A stretch of 64,000 nucleotides of DNA from an uncultured Nitrososphaerota archaeon. GTDB lineage: Archaea > Thermoproteota > Methanomethylicia > Nezhaarchaeales > WYZ-LMO8. Under the pieces are notes generated by a model. It did no database searches. It saw only the letters and a program-made list of their open reading frames with translations, and was not told where the DNA came from. The position numbers and the translations under genes were made by a program. Shown piece by piece: positions 58,606 through 64,000 of this stretch (positions are counted from its first letter, which is position 1; the number at the start of each line of letters is the position of its first letter). The stretch spans positions 844 to 64,843 of the forward strand of contig CAZLVJ010000002.1 of assembly GCA_964562935.1 (NCBI GenBank). The letters run 5' to 3'.

Positions 58606-58866
58606 CTAAGAAATACCGCCCTTGCTTAATAGTTTGAGAAGGGGTTGCAGACAGGCGAATACGTCGTTCATAGTGTTTATGACCGTCCCGATGTCTTCAG
58701 CCTCGACAACCATGCTTAAATGATTTTCATCGACCTTATTGACCTCTAACTTTAAGCCTTCTGGAGAAGTCGCGTTATCGGGGTTCAAAGCTCTTATCAC
58801 AACGTCGACAAGACCTGGAAGCAGTACAAGAAGCTCCAGCGTTATTCGTTTTCTGCCTTTCTTCAA
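58606..58866 (-). CDS. Pcc1-like paralogue (candidate Pcc2)
   Basis: RALNPDN, IGTVINTMND; position between recJ-like gene and rps3ae. Confidence 0.7.
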   Translation of the reverse strand: MKKGRKRITLELLVLLPGLVDVVIRALNPDNATSPEGLKLEVNKVDENHLSMVVEAEDIGTVINTMNDVFACLQPLLKLLSKGGIS

Positions 58867-60314
58867 AATCGCGCCCCCGTTTTCAAAGCCCTGCCAATTA
58901 ATAGATCCACCGTCTTGACGAAGTCGTCGAGGGATTCCAAGGGAATTATGGCCCCAGCGGCACTTTCGTGGCCACCTCCACTACCACCCACTTGTTCGGC
59001 GGCCTTCTTGATTATGGCACCCAGGTTTATCCCCCGCTTCGATAAGGTCTCGTGCATGCGAGCCGATACCTTAACTTTACCTTTGGTCGAATAGGTCACC
59101 GATATCAGGGGCTTGGACAAGTCGCACATGTAGGACGAGATGGCTATGGAAGCGATGGCCCCCAATACCCTCTCATCGACCACGTTCCTCATGTCCATCA
59201 CTTGTACGTTACTTAGCGTACGCACGTAGGATGGATCGCTACGCAGTAGAGACAGGTATTGAGCTAGCCTCCTCCTATATTCCAGAGATATAGCCTCCGC
59301 TTGGCTCAAGATCTTCCCTCTATCCCCTAAGCCTATAGCTAGACCAATACCGTGCTTCCTCAGCCTGCCGCACGCATTCAGCATCTGCGCGAACTCGTGA
59401 GCATACCTCAGCGACGAATCTTCGGGTTCGTAGAGGAACTCGTAGATGAGGCCGAAGAGGGCATTTGCTGACTGAGGGCTAAACCCCTTCATTAGCAGGT
59501 GCTTTATAAGCGCCGTAGCTAACTTAGACACCTCATCGGCGCTCAAATCCTTATACGTCGTTAAAGAGCCGTCAGACCTCTTTAACGCTATGCCTATGCT
59601 TTCGAGGAAATGTTGAGAGGCCATTTCGTCGTAGGTCAAGCCGGGCAGTAAGGGGTCCACAGTATACATAAGCGACTTCACTAGAGGTTGGCGAGGTACG
59701 CCATAGAGCCTTAACCCTGTAAACCTTCTGACCCAACCTCTCTCTATCGCCTCTTGAACTATTAACTTGTTCAGCCCCACGAAGCCTTGTGCGCTTTCCT
59801 GTCTATCACCTATGGCGCCAGCCATGGCAAGGTATGCCGCCTCGCGGTCTACGGTATTCATGCTCTTAGACACGAGGTACGCCAGCCCCGAGGCGCTGAC
59901 GTCCTTTCCACCATTGAGCCCGAAGAAGTGCGGGTTTAACTCTCTAAGCTTCTCGTTAACGACCTCCGAGCTCCTCAGAGGCTCGTGGTGGTCAATTACA
60001 CTGGCCGGAAGGAGGCCTTTGTCTGCTATGGCCTCCACCGCCGAGCTACCCAAGTCGACGAAGATGTAGTAATCGCCCTTTGGGAGAGAGGCTAAAGTCT
60101 CTTCATCGAGCTGATCCACGACTCTTATTGCGAAAGGCCTTTCAATTTTCATGAGCGACCTTGCTATTATTGATGCAGCTGCCAATCCATCAGCGTCGTA
60201 ATGGGTTACTACTACGTAGAGGTCGGCCGAAGAGCTTTCCATGCTCTCAACTATTTGGAGGGCCGCATCGCTTAGCGCAGACAGCCCTTCAAGCCGCTCA
60301 TCGCCTGAGGCCAT
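58863..60314 (-). CDS. RecJ/GAN-like DHH nuclease
   Basis: THYDADG, DLGS, IDHH, LNPH, LNACGR, GGGHESAAG. Confidence 0.92.
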   Translation of the reverse strand: MASGDERLEGLSALSDAALQIVESMESSSADLYVVVTHYDADGLAAASIIARSLMKIERPFAIRVVDQLDEETLASLPKGDYYIFVDLGSSAVEAIADKGLLPASVIDHHEPLRSSEVVNEKLRELNPHFFGLNGGKDVSASGLAYLVSKSMNTVDREAAYLAMAGAIGDRQESAQGFVGLNKLIVQEAIERGWVRRFTGLRLYGVPRQPLVKSLMYTVDPLLPGLTYDEMASQHFLESIGIALKRSDGSLTTYKDLSADEVSKLATALIKHLLMKGFSPQSANALFGLIYEFLYEPEDSSLRYAHEFAQMLNACGRLRKHGIGLAIGLGDRGKILSQAEAISLEYRRRLAQYLSLLRSDPSYVRTLSNVQVMDMRNVVDERVLGAIASIAISSYMCDLSKPLISVTYSTKGKVKVSARMHETLSKRGINLGAIIKKAAEQVGGSGGGHESAAGAIIPLESLDDFVKTVDLLIGRALKTGARF

Positions 60315-60326
60315 GGTTTATTCAGC

Positions 60327-60773
60327 TTATGCTATTACACTTATCTTCCCAGGCTCATACTTCCAATCTGGAGGCAACACCCTTTTTCGCTTGTAGTACT
60401 TCACAAGCCTATGTATCTTAGACTCCGTGAGCTGGAGGCCCCGGAGCGAGAAATAATCCTTTGGGTGCTCCTCTAGGTGGCGTCTTATTCTTATGGCCTT
60501 CTTAATTAAATTAGCAAGATCCTCCGGAATTTGAGGGGCCAACCCCTTTTCAGCGAGTACTTGAGTCAGCTTCTTCCCTATGATGGCCTTGGTCAATGCT
60601 ATCCCGTGCTGGTCCCTGAGCAAGATACCGATCATTGATGGAGGGTAGCCCTTCTTGGCGTAATCGACGATCAGAGAAACGACCTCGTCCTCAGACACCT
60701 TTAGCTTCGCCGCTACATCGCTCGTTATAGGCCTTGTCGAGTGAGACTTCCCCTTCTCCCTGCTCCTCCGCAC
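60327..60773 (-). CDS. rps15: 30S ribosomal protein S15/S13e
   Basis: KGKSHSTRP, PSMIGILLRDQHG, IPEDL, ESKIHRLVKYYK. Confidence 0.97.
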   Translation of the reverse strand: MRRSREKGKSHSTRPITSDVAAKLKVSEDEVVSLIVDYAKKGYPPSMIGILLRDQHGIALTKAIIGKKLTQVLAEKGLAPQIPEDLANLIKKAIRIRRHLEEHPKDYFSLRGLQLTESKIHRLVKYYKRKRVLPPDWKYEPGKISVIA

Positions 60774-60843
60774 CTTATTGCCACCTTCCAGTTAGACTTT
60801 ATGGGGATACACATAAATATTACGTGCAATGAAGTAGACTTCA

Positions 60844-61428
60844 ATGCTCACGCGGATCGCCTACGTCAGTAATAACCCCCACAAAGCCCGCGAGAGCTCT
60901 TCTATATTGAGAGAGCTGGGCATAGAGGTCGAGGTCGTGCAGGTCGACATACCTGAAATTCAGTCCGACGATGTAGTGGAGATAGCCAAATTTAGGGCAA
61001 GGGAGGCCTACAGACTGCTGAAGAGACCGGTCATAGTAGAGGACGCAGGGCTATTCATTGACGCACTCAACGGTTTTCCGGGGCCATATTCTTCATATGC
61101 CTTCAAAACCATAGGGATTAACGGGATACTCAAATTGATGAGGGGCGAGAAGAGGAGGACGGCCACTTTTAAGTCTGTGGTGGTATTTCACGACGGAAGG
61201 AGGATGCGCGCGTTCCTGGGCCAAGTAAGGGGGAGGATATCCTTTGAACCGAAGGGATCGTCGTGGGGGTTCGACCCGATATTCGAGCCCAAGGGCCTGA
61301 AGGGACTTACTTATGCCCAACTGTCTCCTGAGGTAAAAAACAAGGTGTCCCATAGAAGAAAGGCTCTTGAAAAGCTTGCCCGATATTTAATAAGGAGGGC
61401 CAAACATTTAAAAAGAGAAGAGGGTTAA
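60844..61428 (+). CDS. XTP/dITP diphosphatase (RdgB/HAM1)
   Basis: SNNPHK, EDAGL, GFPGPYS, GFDPIF, KNKVSHR. Confidence 0.95.
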   Translation: MLTRIAYVSNNPHKARESSSILRELGIEVEVVQVDIPEIQSDDVVEIAKFRAREAYRLLKRPVIVEDAGLFIDALNGFPGPYSSYAFKTIGINGILKLMRGEKRRTATFKSVVVFHDGRRMRAFLGQVRGRISFEPKGSSWGFDPIFEPKGLKGLTYAQLSPEVKNKVSHRRKALEKLARYLIRRAKHLKREEG

Positions 61429-61459
61429 CGCTCTTTGTTTAAGGAAAGGAGGGTTAGTA

Positions 61460-61858
61460 TTGTCTCGAAAGCCCGTGGAGGCTGGCTCGCTTAAAGAAGG
61501 CTCCTTCGTGGTGATAGACGAGGAGCCGTGCAAGATAGTCGAGGTGGAGAAGTCGAAGCCAGGGAAGCATGGCTCAGCCAAAGTCCGAATAACCGCCATA
61601 GGGATTTTCGACGGAGTCAAGAGGAGCATGGTCGTGCCAGTGGATCAGAAGGTCGACGTCCCTATAGTTGGAAAGAAGGTTGCTCAAGTAATATCGATAA
61701 CGCCAGCGAGCGTCCAATTGATGGACCTCTCGAGCTACGAGGTCTTTGAGGTGTCCAAAGAGGCGATAGAGGTAGACTTGCTTAACAAAATGGCTGTAGG
61801 TACCGAGGTAGAGGTATGGGAGCTCTTGGGCAAGAGGAAGATCATGCGGACGCGATAA
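61460..61858 (+). CDS. eif5a: Translation factor aIF-5A
   Basis: KSKPGKHGSAK hypusine loop. Confidence 0.97.
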   Translation: MSRKPVEAGSLKEGSFVVIDEEPCKIVEVEKSKPGKHGSAKVRITAIGIFDGVKRSMVVPVDQKVDVPIVGKKVAQVISITPASVQLMDLSSYEVFEVSKEAIEVDLLNKMAVGTEVEVWELLGKRKIMRTR

Positions 61859-61910
61859 ATGCTCAAATGGACCTATTGAACCAAGGTGATGTGCATTAGA
61901 GATCAAGCGC

Positions 61911-62777
61911 GTGGGTATAGTTTCAAAACAAGACCTGAAAGAGTCATTAAAACTCATAGAAGAGGTCTTGCCGTTGCTTAAGGCAAGAGGTCTGGAGGTC
62001 CTCATCGATCGAGATATTGCTAACGCATCGGCAGACCCGGATGTCAGGCGCTCGGCCTCATCCATCCATGATTTAAAGAGCTCTGATATGATCATAGTAT
62101 TCGGAGGAGACGGCACGATACTGCAAGCAGTGCGAAAGCTCAAGCCTCCCCTCAGAATCCTAGGCGTCGACATGGGTTACATGGGCTTTCTCTGCGAGGC
62201 GGAGCCCGAAGAGTTGAGAGAAATCCTGGACAAGATCCTGAGAGAGGAGTATCACTTGCAGAGGGTGAGCTTGTTGTCCGTGAGGGTGAATGGGCTGGAG
62301 AGAGACGTCGCGCTCAACGACGTTCTCGTCCTCACGTCGGAACCCGCCAAGGTCCTGGAGTTCACGGTTAAGGCCGATGGAATTGAGGTATTCAGCGGAA
62401 GAGCCGACGGAGTTTTAGTGTCGTCAACCGTCGGCTCCACGGCTTACGCCCTTTCAGCGGGCGGTCCTCTCATAGACCCCCTCGTAGAGTGCCTAGTGAC
62501 CGTGGTGTTGAACCCCTTGAAGTTAGGGGTCAGACCAGTAGTGCTCCCACCAAGTAGCAGAGTCGAGGTGTCGTTCCTCAAGCAAAGTTCCCGAGCAGCT
62601 TCTATATACTCCGACGGAGCTCTCACCTGTCACGTAGGCGTAGGGGACGTCGTAGAGATATGTAAGTCGAGCCACCAAGTAGAGCTCGTCAGGGTCAAGG
62701 ACTTCAGGAGGGCTTTTTACAAGAAGTTCTATGAGGTACGCATCCGTGGAGGAAAGGAACGCCCACGTAAGGGATAA
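61911..62777 (+). CDS. nadK: NAD kinase
   Basis: GGDGTIL, GFL, ALND, ADG..SSTVGSTAYALSAGGP. Confidence 0.93.
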   Translation: MGIVSKQDLKESLKLIEEVLPLLKARGLEVLIDRDIANASADPDVRRSASSIHDLKSSDMIIVFGGDGTILQAVRKLKPPLRILGVDMGYMGFLCEAEPEELREILDKILREEYHLQRVSLLSVRVNGLERDVALNDVLVLTSEPAKVLEFTVKADGIEVFSGRADGVLVSSTVGSTAYALSAGGPLIDPLVECLVTVVLNPLKLGVRPVVLPPSSRVEVSFLKQSSRAASIYSDGALTCHVGVGDVVEICKSSHQVELVRVKDFRRAFYKKFYEVRIRGGKERPRKG

Positions 62778-63285
62778 GGGTTGCGCCGTCGTCGATACGA
62801 GTGCGCTCCTCGTGGACAACGCAGTGCAGTACTTGCAGGGCTATCACTGCTTCACCGTGCCTAAGGTCATCGAGGAGGTCAAGACCCTAAGGCATAAGGC
62901 TGGCGTAGAGGTCCTCTTGGACGCTAAAGTGTTAGACGTCGTAGAGGTGGCTAGAGATTGTTTGAGAGAAGTGGTCGAAGTCGCGAGGAAGAGCGGCGAC
63001 ATAACCTCACTGTCTAAGACAGATCTCGAAGTGCTCGCCTTGGCGCTTCAGCTCAAGAGGCAGGGGCGCGACCTGGTCCTGATAACCGACGACTACACGG
63101 TACAAAACCTCGCCTCGCGCCTCAAGATAAGGTGCCACAGTATAAAGGCAAAGGGCATAGAGAAGAGGATAAGGTGGCGTTATCGGTGCACAGCCTGTGG
63201 TAAGGTGTATTACAAGTTCTTGGAGGAGTGTAGCATTTGTGGCCACGAGCTAAAGAGAGAGGTAGCGGGGTATGAAGGTCTTTGA
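62731..63285 (+). CDS. nob1: Nob1-like PIN endonuclease with zinc ribbon
   Basis: [36 protein letters not shown]. Confidence 0.9.
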   Translation: MRYASVEERNAHVRDKGCAVVDTSALLVDNAVQYLQGYHCFTVPKVIEEVKTLRHKAGVEVLLDAKVLDVVEVARDCLREVVEVARKSGDITSLSKTDLEVLALALQLKRQGRDLVLITDDYTVQNLASRLKIRCHSIKAKGIEKRIRWRYRCTACGKVYYKFLEECSICGHELKREVAGYEGL

Positions 63286-64000
63286 TACCGCTGTACCAGC
63301 CCTCAGAGGCGGCCCTGAAGATTATTCGCTCCGTCTACGGAGGGGCGGCGGACCAAGTAATAATGGCGCTCTCGTCCCCTGGCTCGTGGTACACCGTTAG
63401 GGTAAATACCCTCAAGAGCTCCGTCGACAAGGTGGAGGAAGGTCTCCGATCCTTAGGCTTTGAGGTGAGGGCTCTCGCCGATCTCGACGTCGTGCTCATT
63501 AAGGTCCTAGGACCGTTCGACGTGCCCGAGCTCCAGAAGAAGATAGTAGTCGATAAGCTGACAGCGGAGGCGGTCATGGTCGGGGCTAACGTCTACGCAC
63601 CGGGGGTGAAGAACATGGAAGGAATCGAAAGGGGCGATGTCGTGACGATAACGGATCCTAGGGGGAGGGCTGTGGCCGTGGGAAGGGCCGTGATAAGCTC
63701 AAGGGAGCTGAAATTCTTGAAGAAGGGCTTAGTGGCCGAGACCTTGACCTCGGTCTATAAACTACCGCCCATAAGGAGCTTGGAGCTCTACGCGAGGGGC
63801 GAAATATACCCTCAGTCCCTGCCGTCCGTCTTGGCCGTCAGGGCCCTAGATCCTAGAGAGGGGGAGTTAGTGATAGACCTCACGGCCTCTCCGGGCGGAA
63901 AGCTCACCTACGCCAGCCAGCTCATGAAGAACAAGGGGCTGGTGATAGGAATCGACCGCTCGCCGAAGAAAGTAGAGGCGCTAAATGAGAATCTGCACCG
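63282..64000 (+). CDS. RsmB/NOP2-family m5C RNA methyltransferase with PUA domain (runs off window)
   Basis: Manual translation [43 protein letters not shown] overlap with nob1. Confidence 0.88.
   Translation, partial: MIPLYQPSEAALKIIRSVYGGAADQVIMALSSPGSWYTVRVNTLKSSVDKVEEGLRSLGFEVRALADLDVVLIKVLGPFDVPELQKKIVVDKLTAEAVMVGANVYAPGVKNMEGIERGDVVTITDPRGRAVAVGRAVISSRELKFLKKGLVAETLTSVYKLPPIRSLELYARGEIYPQSLPSVLAVRALDPREGELVIDLTASPGGKLTYASQLMKNKGLVIGIDRSPKKVEALNENLH

Noticed and set aside
63272..63400. Short ATG-started ORF after nob1
   Set aside because: The methyltransferase motifs are in the frame starting at TTG 63282.

Overview
A gene-dense, housekeeping stretch of an archaeal chromosome. Rpo8/RpoG, an SmAP3-type Lsm, Alba and an HMf-type histone together suggest a TACK/Thermoproteota lineage (inference). 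It holds about 70 CDS dominated by information processing: ffh-pus10-rpoF-ksgA; dph2-csl4-rpoL-tfs-pcna-priL-priS-gins-rpl44e-rps27e-aIF2a-nop10; aglB; ileS; a partial S10 r-protein cluster; FBP aldolase/phosphatase; ABCE1; thermosome; tgtA; aspS; the proteasome/exosome superoperon; and rps3ae-recJ-rps15. There are two tRNA genes (Ser-TGA, Val-CAC). No mobile elements or CRISPR arrays were seen. Notable points: (1) a 23-aa micro-ORF of only Glu and Trp after Met, with its own promoter-like and SD-like signals; (2) a Urm1/SAMP-like ubiquitin-fold domain with an internal HGG fused to the KEOPS subunit Cgi121, beside THUMP and radical-SAM genes; (3) two clear C/D-box guide sRNAs and one degenerate candidate, each directly upstream of a protein gene; (4) single-gene inversions of rps19 and rpl21e inside otherwise collinear conserved operons; (5) a compact, AT-richer type IV pilus/Tad-like locus; (6) a divergent TFB paralogue next to tRNA-Val. 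All calls come from motif recognition by eye; no database searches were run.
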